Assembly (NCBI GenBank): GCA_965203295.1
Contig: CBDBCZ010000014.1
Coordinates: forward strand, 128,001-192,000
Reading direction: 5' to 3'
From: Nitrospirales bacterium
Lineage (GTDB): Bacteria > Nitrospirota > Nitrospiria > Nitrospirales > UBA8639
Length of the DNA stretch: 64,000 bases
Shown: piece by piece, positions 12,260 through 63,988 of the stretch
Position numbering within the stretch: position 1 is the first letter of the stretch
Layout: each line of letters begins with the position of its first letter
Made by a program: the position numbers and the translations under genes
Notes under the pieces: model-generated
Databases searched by the model: none
The model's input: only the letters and a program-made list of their open reading frames with translations
What the model was told of the DNA's origin: nothing

Positions 12260-13651
12260 CTGTGGCCCACATAGTTCCAGTTAGGGAAGATAGTCACTGG
12301 AATCATAATGTGATACTGACCACCTATATGTTTCCGTGACATGGTGAGTGAACCATCTGGTAGCTATCTGATGACCAAACACACAGCTGCGGAACAACAA
12401 AGCTGTTGAACTGCCGTTGTAGCATTAACCACTATGTTATTCCTCTATAAGGTGACCCATCTTGTACCCTGTATGCAACTGCAGTTATCTACTCAGTAGT
12501 TAAAAATGAATTTTTGTTATGTCAACACCATGCACATACAGCAGATAAACATCTACATCCTCTTACAAGAAAAACATCTTGTATAGTTACATACCTTGGC
12601 TAATTAATGCAATAGGTTATAATTACTAGCTGAAGCATCAGCCAACACTAGTGGGTGTATGTCACATATCGCTATTTACAAACTGTAAGTGCTATGGCTA
12701 GTACCTACCCACATGTTGCTGGCCACTAGAATCTATAGACATACTCTGCCAAATTTATTTGTGGTGAGGAATGTCGCCTGTCAGACATGCGGCCTACTTT
12801 GACGCCTCCAGACTAGCCACTGTGACGTACTTGATCACAACCCATGCGTACTTGAATGCCATCAAAGTTCTCTCTCAGACATGCTCGACTGCCATCATTA
12901 TGATTATATTATCGTGTATATAGTCTAGTGGCCGTTACCAGACAGCAACGAATGTGTAGATATTTGTTACAAAGGCATCAAAGTGTGAAATGGGAATACT
13001 GCTTTACACATGCATAGCTACTATACATGTTACTGTTACCATAATATGATATGCCAGCTCCCGTTAGGGTTCATATGATGCATAGCTACAATTTTGAATC
13101 TAAGCAGGGTATGCTTTCCAAATGCCTCTTCTAGAGTGTGTGTGGTGACCAACTATGAGGAAGCCTCTACTACATACAATCCTCCACCTTACCACCTTCA
13201 GTTTGCCTTTATAATAGGCAGGGTTCAAGGAGTATATAGCTAGTAACCTGACAGTCATGTAATAAATGGGTCACATGCCTGGCGTGACCCAATGTGATGA
13301 CGCTCATTTGGAATCATTAAACTGAATTAGACTTTCCATTTAGCTAAGCGACTCTTTGGCTTCTCCTAATGGGACTGGTGGGTGTGACTGCCCAAAGACT
13401 GTGATAACACTTCCGGTTCTTTAATACTTTCCCACACTCCAATAACTACACAAACTGCACTTCAATCAACCCCACCTGTCTATGAGCTATTCACTGCAAT
13501 TGCTGAGAATGCACTATGCAATGTTGTGGCTAGTTGAGTTGAGGAAGTTCACTTTGCTATATATGAGCAGTGCTCATTGATTTTCATCAGTGTAGCTACA
13601 GTGATATAGTTCAAAAATTCTAAGAATTCCTTTTGAACTGTCTTGTACAGA

Positions 13652-25777
<12,126 letters not shown>

Positions 25778-27199
25778 ACACTCATGCACATCACAACAAT
25801 TCAAGTAACTGCTGCACTGATATACGGATCCAATATTATGCTATGGATACACGTGCAAATTGTGCATTATGGACAACTTTGTTAAGGAATAATCACACTG
25901 TTGTTGTACATTTCCATTTTGAGAACTTGTGCAATTTTTTCTGGGAGCCAATTATGCGAGTTTCACAATTGCACTAGTTTCGCATGTGCGTTCCAACGGT
26001 TGGGGATGGAAAAAGTAGTTACTGAAACACCTAGCCGCAAGCATTATTTCACAATGGTATTATAGACTAGTGCATGATTGCACTGATTTGTGCATATCCA
26101 GAGTAGTATCCTATCAAGGGATACTTAATACTGGCTATTAAGGCCCTATGACTATGGTAGTGAATCTCACCGTGGCCATGATAGGAAATAAGTAGACGAT
26201 TGCTTCGTCCAAGCACAGATCTTCTATAACAGAAGATCCGTGGTTCAAGTGATTTTCTGTAGGCTCTGAGCATAATGCAGTATTTGCTTGTATAGTTACT
26301 AGGCCCTGGCATTTTTTGGCTCACCAAAAATAATTTTAATAGGAAACAGCAACCTGCAACAGTTACTGTGCATGTTGGATTTCAGCTGCTTCGCCAGGTT
26401 TCAATAGCCTTGCAACAGCAAACCAGAAATAGTAAAACCACAGCTATAGCGTATACACGAAGTGTCTTCAAAGCTTGACTGCTGTATCTAGTGGCAAAAT
26501 ATCCCTCTTGGCTCACTAAAAATTCTAATGGGGGGCTGCAACGCAACTGTCGGCTGCCGACAGTGCTGCTGAACTATCAACATGTTTTTGCTGAATAATA
26601 CTATAAGGTATAGGGTGGGATCACTTGGAACGAACTCTTTGTTTGGCAGAACAGACACTGTTGGAAAAATTTTTGTGGGGTCCTATATATAATAAAGGAT
26701 CCCACAAAGTTCTCTCTCAGACGTGCTTGAATGCCATCATTATGATTATATTATCGTGTATATAGTCTAGTGGCCGTTACCAGACAGCAATGAATGTGTA
26801 GATATTTGTTACAAAAGCATCAAAGTGTACCGAGAAATGGGAATACTGGTTTACACATGCATAGTTACCATACATGTTACTGTTACATAATATAATATGC
26901 CAGCTCCCGTGAATGTATGGATTTCTATAACCATTAAAACAGTGACAAATAAGGTGATGTCAGTGAAATTTGAAAATGATTTCAATTTCACTAAACTATC
27001 AGGGCATAGCTACGATTTCGAATCAAGCAGGGTATGGATTTCCAAGTGCCTCTTCTAGAGTGTGTGTGGCGACCAACAACGAGTAAGCCTCTACTACTCT
27101 CCTCCACCCTACCGCCTTCAGTTTGCCTTTATAATAGGCAGGGTTCAGGGAGTGTATAGTAACCTGACAGTCATGTATTAAATGGGTCACATGCCAGGC

Positions 27200-27240
27200 T
27201 AGTCTCGGGGCCAGACTTCACTTCCAGCCCCGCGAGACTA
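27200..27240. mobile_element. 41-bp miniature element with 9-bp TSD, insertion shown by an empty paralogous site
   Basis: atgccaggc[tagtctcgggg...cccgcgagacta]atgccaggc. The paralogous site upstream of D (about 43142) has a single atgccaggc. Confidence 0.88.
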
Positions 27241-27429
27241 ATGCCAGGCGTGACCCAATTTAAGGACATTTTTATGAAGCCCATTTGGAATTATTAAAGC
27301 TTAATTAAACTTTCCATTTACCGCATAAATTCTAATTTTCGCCCCTCTAATTATTCGCCACACCCCAGTTTTCCGGAAAAAACACAATTTATTTCCTCCA
27401 ACAAATTCGCATGCTCATTCTGTAATTAC

Positions 27430-27866
27430 TTTTACCAGCCGGAGCGCGCGCAGCGCGCGAACGGCTGGTTCTAAGATTGCTTTACGTTTTACGCGTTTGT
27501 CTGTTTTTTTGTTTGTCTGTCTGTTTGTGCGTCCGCACTTATTACGTGCGCAATACATTACGTCATACGTTACTATGCAACTGCAGTTTATAGCAGCTTT
27601 GGAGGTCTGCAGGCCAAGCTACAGCAAATGAAGATAGTTTTGTGTTGCCTAGATGGCAAAAACGTTGTGGGTATCCGTAAAGATCCTGGTTTTGTGGCAT
27701 ATAGCTACTATCTGTAGGCGCATGACAAAACTGCTGAGTCAGCACTTTCGCTGTATCGCGTTCTACAGCTGTAGTTTTATAATAGACCTTGGCCTAAGCT
27801 GAGTTGTGTGTATTGTACGGGAAAGGCGCCCAGCTGGTTTTTTAGACATGAAGTTTCAGACTTGTT
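27430..27866 (+). mobile_element. HINE/DINE-1-like element, copy 2
   Basis: Closely similar to 1794-2243; absent from the paralogous region upstream of D. Confidence 0.72.
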
Positions 27867-28343
27867 CTAATATTCGCCAGCTGTCGCATGCTCAGTTTCT
27901 ACTAGGCCTAGTATTACTTCCGATTATGTAAGCAGGATTGCCCTGGAGTGTGACTGGCTGATACAGAAAGCCATACCAAGGACAAGGATGCGTCCAAACC
28001 TAACTATGCACGCGCTGTTCCTTATGAATATTGTTATTGCTGTGCTCCATCAGCGCGTAGTAGCGAGAGACAAGCGCAAGCAGGCTTACTTGTTGCAGTT
28101 TGTTATACGTGACTAGCTAGCGTGCTTGCATGTGGTAAGCGACTTTTTGGCTTCTCCTAATGGGACTGGTGTGTGTGACTGCCCAAAGACTGATAACACT
28201 TCCGGTTCTTTAATACTTTCCCACACTCCGCCGTACCTCAATCAACCCCACATATGAGCAGCGCTCATTGATTTTCATCAGTGTAGCTACAGTAATATAA
28301 TTCGAAGATTTCTAAGAATTCCTTTTGAACTATCTTGTACAGA

Positions 28344-39543
<11,200 letters not shown>

Positions 39544-40458
39544 ACACTCATGCACATCACAACAATTCAAGTAACTGCTGCACTGATATACGGATCCAAT
39601 ATTATGCTATGGATACACGTGCAAATTGTGCATTATGGACAACTTTGTTAAGGAATAATCACACTGTTGTTGTACATTTCCATTTTGAGAACTTGTGCAA
39701 TTTTTTCTGGGAGCCAATTATGCGAGTTTCACAATTGCATTAGTTTCGCATGTGCGTTCCAACGATTGGGGATGGAAAAAGTAGTTACTGAAACACCTAG
39801 CCGCAAGCATTATTTCACAATGGTATTATAGACTAGTGCATGATTGCACTGATTTGTGCATATCCAGAGTAGTATCCTATCAAGGGATACTTAATACTGG
39901 CTATTAAGGCCCTATGACTATGGTAGTGAATCTCACCGTGGCCATGATAGGAAATAAGTAGACGATTGCTTCGTCCAAGCACAGATCTTCTATAACAGAA
40001 GATCCGTGGTTCAAGTGATTTTCTGTAGGCTCTGAGCATAATGCAGTATTTGCTTGTATAGTTACTAGGCCCTGGCATTTTTTGGCTCACCAAAAATAAT
40101 TTTAATAGGAAACAGCAACCTGCAACAGTTACTGTGCATGTTGGATTTCAGCTGCTTCGCCAGGTTTCAATAGCCTTGCAACAGCAAACCAGAAATAGTA
40201 AAACCACAGCTATAGCGTATACACGAAGTGTCTTCAAAGCTTGACTGCTGTATCTAGTGGCAAAATATCCCTCTTGGCTCACTAAAAATTCTAATGGGGG
40301 GCTGCAACGCAACTGTCGGCTGCCGACAGTGCTGCTGAACTATCAACATGTTTTTGCTGAATAATACTATAAGGAATAGTGCATGTGGGATCACTTGGAA
40401 CGAACTCTTTGTTTGGCAGAACAGACACTGTTGGAAAAATTTTTGTGGGGTCCTATAT

Positions 40459-42637
40459 CATGGAGTACGGTAGTACTCCATATGTAGGGATGGCACGGAA
40501 AAAAATGGCGGCCCCATATAACGCGTACAAAATCATACGTTCAGAACTCGGCTTTGATTATAGTCATAGGCTTTTATGAGCCATATTATGGCATCTCGAG
40601 TGTTTTCATCAGCAACAGGACTGCTGGCGTTGCTAGAAACCTTCGCTGGAGTACCAATCCGGCAAGTCGCTACTCTGGGGGGGCGGGGCTTAATGGTACA
40701 TCTTTCTTGTTTCTTCTTTCTTCAGCCAGGCTAGCACGATAATGGCTGAAGCGATCACAATGATTCAAGCGCGAACAAGCTAAATATTCCCCGGGGTATC
40801 GCACTCGTAGCATAGCTTATTCAAAAAAATCGAATGGGTTCAGCAGTGATTTACGAGTACTCCTGAGTAGACGCTTGCCATTCTACGCCATTTAATAACT
40901 ACTGTTCCGTTCCGTTCCGGGTTTTTAGTTACCGCCCCATTTAATTATGCGCAGACTTCACGCGTTCGTCTATTTAACGCCCACCTTTGATCGTGCCAGC
41001 TGTCCGGGCCTGAGATGCATCTTCTGGGCGTAAGTCACACGAAAATTTAGCTATAATACACTTACTCACAAGGCTGATTATTATGTTAGTTGGCTCTAGT
41101 CCAAATGGCTTCTGGCCAGGGGTACTGTTCATGAGTTGCAAGTTGTCCCGGGACACGCAACAAATTTGCCTTGTTCTCTGGGCCTTTCTGTTTGCCTTTG
41201 TTATGCATCATGAGCTACTTTTGTTCACTTGCTATGAATACTAGCACAGGCAGAAAAGCCTTGGAAAGGATCGCATCCGGACAACCCCTACCATCCGGAG
41301 GCCCCCTCGCTTACTGCCCCCTCCAATATATTGGAGGGGGCAGTCAGTTATTTGTCTTTGTGACACTAGAAAATGCAATACATATTTTTGTCCTCAGAGA
41401 TAATTCATATCATAGACTACGGTACTAGCTACTCCATGGGGCAGCTTCCCATGCTAGCTGTAGTGCCGACCTTGACAAGAAAGGGCAACCTCACATGCCA
41501 GTTACATAGCTGACTGGGGTACAAATCAAAACCTATATACTACATGCATCATCCTCAAACACATTATATCCCAACACTATCCCTACACCTACACATTTAC
41601 ACCAACACATTTGTTACCACCTCCCAAAAAACACCCCAAAACAAGTTACAGAAAAAGCACTTTGCCAAAAAGTGCAAAAACAAGTTATGTAGGGATGCAC
41701 TTCCACCAAAAAACACTTCTCCAAAAACCAATGAAACAAGCAACAGTGCACACCACAATGCATGCACAGACTACCCACACATCACAGTGCAATGATATGC
41801 ATTTACCGCGTAGCCACCATCCCTACATCTTTCCAACCACACCCACCACAATCTGTACCATGCCCCCATACTCAACAGCACACCGAATACTTCCTATAAC
41901 ACACATAACCATCCATAACCATCATCAACCATGACACCTCGTCTCCATCCAACGTACAACCACCCTTACTTCCTTATCCACAATCATCACATACCTTACA
42001 AAACATATCACCCTACACTACAACCAACTCAAACCTTCACAGGAACACTACTCACATCAAAATGCACTTCGCTCCACCATTCACCATTCACAAGCACAAT
42101 TGAGCAGAGCAATTCCTCACAACACCACACTGCCACCTACACACACAACAAACACAACCCACATCAACTACCATACAACGCACTCAACAAAGTTTCTACA
42201 CTTTACCAAACACACCCATACTGTCCTCCCCTACAAAGAACCTGCATACACAAGCATCTCACAACACGCTCACAAAACTTCATAACACTCCATGGCCACC
42301 CGGCATAACCAAACACTCCCAAGTCCCTATACAAACACCATATTTATGACTCCACCCTCAATGACTCACTAGTCCACATTCTACAGTTTCAGCTACCTTC
42401 AACAACCACCACATGCTCAGTCATTAGCAATACACACACACCAAATTACACTACCACTCCTCACATCTCACATATACGTATACATGGTTGTGGTGGGTGT
42501 GGTTGGAAAGATGTAGGGATGGTGGCTACGCGGTAAATGCATATCATTGCACTGTGATGTGTGGGTAGTCTGTGCATGCATTGTGGTGTGCACTGTTGCT
42601 TGTTTCATTGGTTTTTGGAGAAGTGTTTTTTGGTGGA
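40459..42637. mobile_element. About 2.2 kb composite segment present in the C-D spacer but absent from the B-C spacer
   Basis: The B-C spacer reads gggtcctatatataataaaggatccc contiguously (about 26678). Here it is split by a catggagta...tactccatg-bounded part (40459-41438) and a C/A-rich tract with an inverted duplication. Confidence 0.6.
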
Positions 42638-43204
42638 ATATAATAAAGGATCCCACAAAGTTCTCTCTCAGACGTGCTTGACTGCCATCATTATGATTAT
42701 ATTATCGTGTATATAGTCTAGTGGCCGTTACCAGACAGCAATGAATGTGTAGATATTTGTTACAAAAGCATCAAAGTGTACCGAGAAATGGGAATACTGG
42801 TTTACACATGCATAGTTACCATACATGTTACTGTTACATAATATAATATGCCAGCTCCCGTGAATGTATGGATTTCTATAACCATTAAAACAGTGACAAA
42901 TAAGGTGATGTCAGTGAAATTTGAAAATGATTTCAATTTCACTAAAATATCAGGGCATAGCTACGATTTCGAATCTAAGCAGGTATGGCTTTCCAAGTGC
43001 CTCTTCTAGAGTGTGTGTGGCGACCAACAACGAGTAAGCCTCTACTACTCTCCTCCACCTTACCGCCTTCAGTTTGCCTTTATAATAGGCAGGGTTCAAG
43101 GAGTGTATAGTAACCTGACAGTCATGTATTAAATGGGTCACATGCCAGGCGTGACCCAATTTAATGACATTTTGATGAAGCCCATTTGGAATTATCAAAC
43201 TGAA

Positions 43205-43558
43205 GGTGTCATCCCATTTCGTCTAATCCCACTTCGTCTAATCCCATTCCGCCTAACAAAATGTAGATATGTCCCATTTCGTCTAAAACTTTGAAAAGTT
43301 TCTACAGTTCAGTTACAGTTCATCTTACAAAGCGTTAGAATGGCCATCTAGGTTACAGCTAGTTTATGTTACAAAAAAAAATCCAATCACTGTATTAAAG
43401 CTTTAATAGTTCACTGAGGGTGTAGCCACCTCCTGTCATGGCATCTCCAATAGGTCTGCCCGTCTGCAGTTCTTCTGTTGAGGGTATACTTGTGCCCCTG
43501 ATGTAGAAGTGATCGAGCTCCTCTGATGGTAGTAATGAATTTCATATGTGCTTGCTAG
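43205..43558. mobile_element. D-specific insertion upstream of the gene, starting with 15-bp subterminal-type repeats
   Basis: tcccaYttcgtctaa repeated 3-4 times at 43211-43286; interrupts the aaactgaa|ttagact seen upstream of B. Only one end is recognisable. Confidence 0.45.
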
Positions 43559-44180
43559 ATTAGATTTTCCATTTACCGTACAATTTCTAATTATTCGCCC
43601 CTCTAATTATTTGCCACACCCCAATTTATTTCCTCCAACAAACAGCTGCTGCATGCTCAGTTTCTACTAGTAGACCTATTACTTCCATTATGTAAGCAGG
43701 AATGCCCTGGAGTGTGACTGGCTGATACAGAAAGCCATACCAAGGACAAGGATGCGGCCAAACCTAACTGTGCACGCGCTGTTCCTTATGAATATTGTTT
43801 AATATTGCTGTGCTCCACGATCCTCCATCAGCGCGTAGTAGCGAGAGACAAGCGCAAGCAGGCTTACTTGTTGCAGTTTGTTATGCGGGACTAGCTAGCG
43901 TGCTTGCATGTGGTAAGCGACTTTTTGGCTTCTCCTAATGGGACTGGTGTGTGTGACTGCCCAAAGACTGATAACACTTCCGGTTCTTTAATACTTTCCC
44001 ACACTCCGCGTACCTCAATCATAGATAATGTATACTTCCGTATATATGCCATACGGAATATTATCTATGCCTCAATCAACCCCACATAATATGAGCAGTG
44101 CTCATTGATTTTCATCAGTGTAGCTACAGTAATATAGTTCGCAGATTTCTAAGAATTCCTTTTGAACTATCTTGTACAGA

Positions 44181-59402
<15,222 letters not shown>

Positions 59403-59756
59403 ACACATGCACATCACAACATTTCAAGTAACTGCTGCACTGATATACGAATCCAATATTATGCTATGCATACACATGCAGATTGTGCATTATGGACAAC
59501 TTTGTTAAGGAATAATCACACTGTTGTTGTACATTTTCAATTTGAGAACTTGTGTAATTTATCTGTGGGCCAATTGTGCGAGTTTTCGTAATTGCATTCA
59601 ATTTGGTTTCGCATTTGTGTTCCAACGAGTGGGGATGGAAAAGAAGTTACTGAAACACCTATAGCCGCAACCATTATTTCACAACGGTATTATAGACTAG
59701 TGATTGCACTGATTGGTGCATATACATGTACTTGTAGCCATAGTATAGTATATTCT

Positions 59757-59837
59757 TAGCCTCGTTCCCAGGCTCTACTGACCAGCTTTTTTTACGTGCC
59801 GGAAAAAACTGGTCAGTAGAGCCTGGGAACGAGGCTA
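59757..59837. mobile_element. Palindromic TAGCCTCG miniature element with 9-bp TSD
   Basis: tagcctcgttcccaggctctactgaccag...ctggtcagtagagcctgggaacgaggcta; flanks gtatattct / gtatatcct; absent downstream of B and C. Confidence 0.82.
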
Positions 59838-60549
59838 GTATATCCTATCAAGCATAATTAATACTGGCTATTAAGGCCCTATGATTGTGGTAGTGAATCT
59901 CCTGCATGTTCGACCATACATGTACTGTTTTGGACCACTCATAGTATCAGTTGGCAGGACAGAGAGCTAGAGATTCTAACTCGGATCTTGACTGTCTGAA
60001 TTCTTGCACGTACCTTCAGCATATGTGATGTCATGAGACTAGCTCGCTGTACTATTGCTAACTGAGCCCGCGCACTGACACATGATACAGTTAGTATGGG
60101 TTTTGGTTTGCTAATCAGAATCAGGGTACAGTAGCTATATCGTACTCAGTAACTACTACAGTCAAAGAGTTTACAGTCACCGTGTTAGACTGTCCATGCA
60201 CTTGATCTGTCTAGGTTGAATAACTTGGGCCTGTGTGGGAGTGACAAAAACTACATGTAGAAACCCAACTACGAGCACTTCTGTACCAGGGGTCCTCCCC
60301 CCCCCCCCTGCTTATGTACATGTAACAAAACATCCAAACCCTGGGTCGGATTCAATCAGAAGCCAACCACTGCATGCAAACCACCTGGGCATTTGTCAAG
60401 TTTTTATCATGTAGTCTTGTTGCAGGACTTCACCATCAAGTTTCGGATACACAAACGGTAACAGGCTTTCATGTATTTGAAAATGCAAGCTAACCACAAA
60501 TGGTGTGTAATTAACCCTAAACAGATTCCACAAACCAATTTGGTGGGGG

Positions 60550-60875
60550 GATGTTCACACACAGCATGCATGGCAGAAGTCTATTATGAAAATGTTCTCA
60601 AGAAATCTCAGGCTTGCAAGATTGCCTTACAGAAACAGTGCCGAATTGTTTCCATGTAGCTATCCTCCTTTGTTAAAACCATGGCTATTACTCTACACAC
60701 ATAGACACCTGACACGGTAAACCGCCTTACAAAACTTAGCAACTCGCTATTTACTTACGATGCAGCACCAGACTCGCTTGACAATTACCCAGCCTTGCAA
60801 AAGCTCAAGACCTCAGTTGAGAACCTACCAAACATTGCAAAGTGGCTGAAGGAACGCCCTAAAACTCAGTATTGA
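60550..60875 (+). pseudogene. Sigma-class glutathione S-transferase remnant (C-terminal part)
   Basis: 60705-60875 reads ..PDSLDNYPALQKLKTSVENLPNIAKWLKERPKTQY*, a typical sigma-GST C-terminus. An upstream frameshifted piece reads AEVYYEN..KK / LTETVP. No N-terminal thioredoxin-fold exons were recognised. Confidence 0.65.
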
Positions 60876-61251
60876 AAACTGATATTGTGTTAAGCTTATT
60901 TGTTTACATTTCTAATTTGTAGGTGCTTGGTTGTACTTGTGTAGCTTTCATTGTTTACAGACTGCACTTCTACATTCACCGCCCGACCAGTATTGATCAC
61001 CGATCCGTACACCACATGCATTAATATCCGTTCATTAAGCGACTATTAGCCTAATAATTCATTTTTAGGGCGTCCGCTCTGACGTCAACCAACGCTGCAA
61101 AATACAAAGCGGAAAATTTTCGCGAAAATGCCAATAAGCCTCTAGTTCTATTTTCGCAGTTTTTTATTTTTGCGTCAGCGCAACCAACTGACCACGCCCC
61201 TTCGTACTGTCAAGTGACAAGCTGCAGACTATTGTACTTGTAAAGTACAGT

Positions 61252-63988
61252 ATGGCGGATGCTAACAAACTAGATGCTTCAGCAAGCGGCGAGTTTGTCC
61301 GAAAGGTGAGTTCATTTCGGAATTGGATCAGTCGCGATGGAAGCACCAGTTTTCCAGCGGAGAGCGGCCGCTACCATCTCTATGTGGCAAACCAGTGTCC
61401 TTGGGCTCATCGCACCATGGTCACGCGCAAACTGAAGGGACTGGAAGACGCGATTTCTATGGACATAGCGCATTTTCGCAGAGACGAGAAAGGGTGGAAG
61501 TTTTTCCCGGTCATTTCCGGATGTACTCCGGATACTCTGTACGGATTCTCTCATTTGAAGGACGTGTACCTGCTCTCCGATAAGGATTACCAGGGCAGGA
61601 TATCCGTCCCTGTGCTGTGGGACAAGAAAACCAAAACGGTTGTCAACAATGAATCGTCTGAGATCATTCAAATGCTCAACTCGGAGTTTAATGATTTCTG
61701 CAAGACCGAGGAGCAACGGGCTATGGACTTGTACCCAGAGCACCTGCGAAAGGAGATTGACTCTATCAACGAGTGGGTGTACAGGTGAGGCCTGAGAGGA
61801 AATGAAATGGCAGGGGGCGGTCACTCCCATAGACTCTGTAGTCACAAATGGTGACCACAGTCGGTTAATGGTCAGTGGTCAAAGCCGCTCAAAAGGGTGT
61901 GATCAATGGTCAAAGCACGCTCAGAAATATGATCCATGCTGACAATGGCAGGTTGCAGTGCGGAATTGATGGACTCTTACTCAAGAACAACAGTCTGTAG
62001 TTGGTTACTCAAGATTACTTTTCAGTAGACTAGGCAAGCGTTAGGGAAAGTCCCTTGTACAATCGGCTGTAAAAAAATTTGTAGAGCGCTCAAAGGTCAA
62101 CGGCTGAAATGAGCGTGGTCAACAGTCAAACCACTTCAAAGAGCTGGTCAAACCTTTGACCCCAGGTCACAGTTGTGACTACAGAACTTATGGGAGTGAC
62201 CCACCTTTGAAAGGTGCCATTTACCACATGCACATTTTGATAGCAGCAACGGGCATTCAGTTACCTAAACAACAGGCCGGTTTATAAACCCATTACACCT
62301 GAAAACTCCAGTCTCGTGAGCCGGCCGATTTTAGGGGGAGGAGGGAAAATTGTCTGGTAATGTTTACCAACTTTCTGTTTCCTCTGCGAGAGTGTGGGCA
62401 GAGCCAATGAGAATGTAACAGTCACATGTGCTACATCAAGAGTGCATAAATAGAATTTTCTTTTAGCAAAAAGTAATGCATTTTCCCCCTTGTGTTTATA
62501 CATTTCATGCATATTCCTGCCTTTCTTATTAATCGATCCAGTCTTTGCCCTGCAGGGACATCAACAACGGAGTGTACCGAGCTGGCTTCTCCTCGAAGCA
62601 GGAGCCCTATGACAGGGCCGTCCGCGAGGTGTTTGCTGCGCTGGACAGGGTGGAGGAGATCCTCTCCCGCCAGCGCTACCTCGCTGGCTCCCAGCTGACC
62701 CTGGCCGACGTCAGGCTCTACACCACGCTGGCCAGGTTCGACCCGGTGTATGTCGGCACCTTTAAGGTGAGGAAGATCTCGGTGCGGTGTTGTAGTTATG
62801 GGGCGAGCGAGTGAGTGAGTGAGTGAGTGCATGTGTATATGTGGCAGTCCCAGGTAGAATTTTTCTGTCACCTATTTGAATTGCATTGCCACATCGGAAA
62901 TGCGATATCTCTGAACCTTTATTAAGGATGGGGCTCAATAATGCTGTGTTATTTACACAGTGCCTTATGATCAGCCCACCCTTAACAGGTGATATTGCAT
63001 TTCAAGCGCAGTGAAAGAATCAAAATGCAAGCCGGAATAATGTTCATTTTCTACCAGGGACTGCCTCATGCATGTTTACTTTAGAGTTTGAGGAGTCTGT
63101 CTTCCTGCCTAGTCTCTCTCTGCTGTGAGGTCCCAGGAGTTTCCCCGCCAATCACACCGATTTCTGCTGTTAGTCTCTCTCTCGACTCGGCCTCACATTT
63201 TGCCTGCTAGCTAGGGTACCATTTAGAATGTCTCTGTGTGGCTTGGGTTAGCGAGCCTGAGAGAGCCTGTGTGGCCGAACTCCACACTGGACTGTTTACC
63301 CTACGTCACAGCATGTGATAAATGATACCATCTTCCGGGTTCTGTTTAAACTACCGTACAGCTCCCTCATGTACCATCAATATCTGTGTGAATTTTATAT
63401 GTACTTTTTATATTAGGCGTTAATATAAAATCGGGTAAAGTACATGCTTTTTTCTATTTTATATGGGCACATAAATGCGCCCTTGGCTGGCAAAGAGTTA
63501 AGTATACGGGTAGAAGATGAACACTATTCCCTTCTGTATTTCAATCGCTTTACTGCATTTGAAACATGATGTCTCTGAATTTCATTAATTAAGGATGGGT
63601 TCAAATGAATGCAGCAACTATTGACAACTACAAATACTACATGTGCATATACATGTAGTTATGCACAGTGTATGAGCCCCATCTTGAATGGAAGTTCAGA
63701 GACCCCACATTTAAATACCGTGTCACAAATTGAATAAACACACAACAGAATAAAGTCCATTTTCTAGTACCCAGGACTGCCACATAGTCAATTGAGATGT
63801 TGATCTTCCATCTGACTTCAAACATTTCTTGTTCTGTTTTTTTTTTTGTTTTTTTTTTTTGGACCATATAGTGCAATAAGAAACGCATTGTTGACTATCC
63901 CAACCTGTGGGGCTATCTGCGTGACCTCTACCACACGCCTGGCTTTGGAGAGACAACCAACAGGTTCTTCATTGAGAATGGATACCAG
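61252..63988 (+). CDS. Glutathionyl-hydroquinone reductase (Xi-class / omega-like GST, YqjG/ECM4 family), 3' end beyond the window
   Basis: Exons 61252-61784, 62556-62766 and 63872-63988. Motifs [71 protein letters not shown]. Confidence 0.93.
61819..62201. mobile_element. TIR element in GST intron 1
   Basis: ggtcactcccatagactctgtagtcacaa / ttgtgactacagaacttatgggagtgacc, with repeated ggtcaa motifs inside. Confidence 0.65.

Noticed and set aside
41544..42308. His/Thr/Pro-rich ORFs
   Set aside because: A by-product of C/A-biased composition that depletes stop codons; no recognisable domain.
61252..61788. Bacterial contaminant yqjG
   Set aside because: The gene is split by GT-AG introns, one containing a host-type TIR element.
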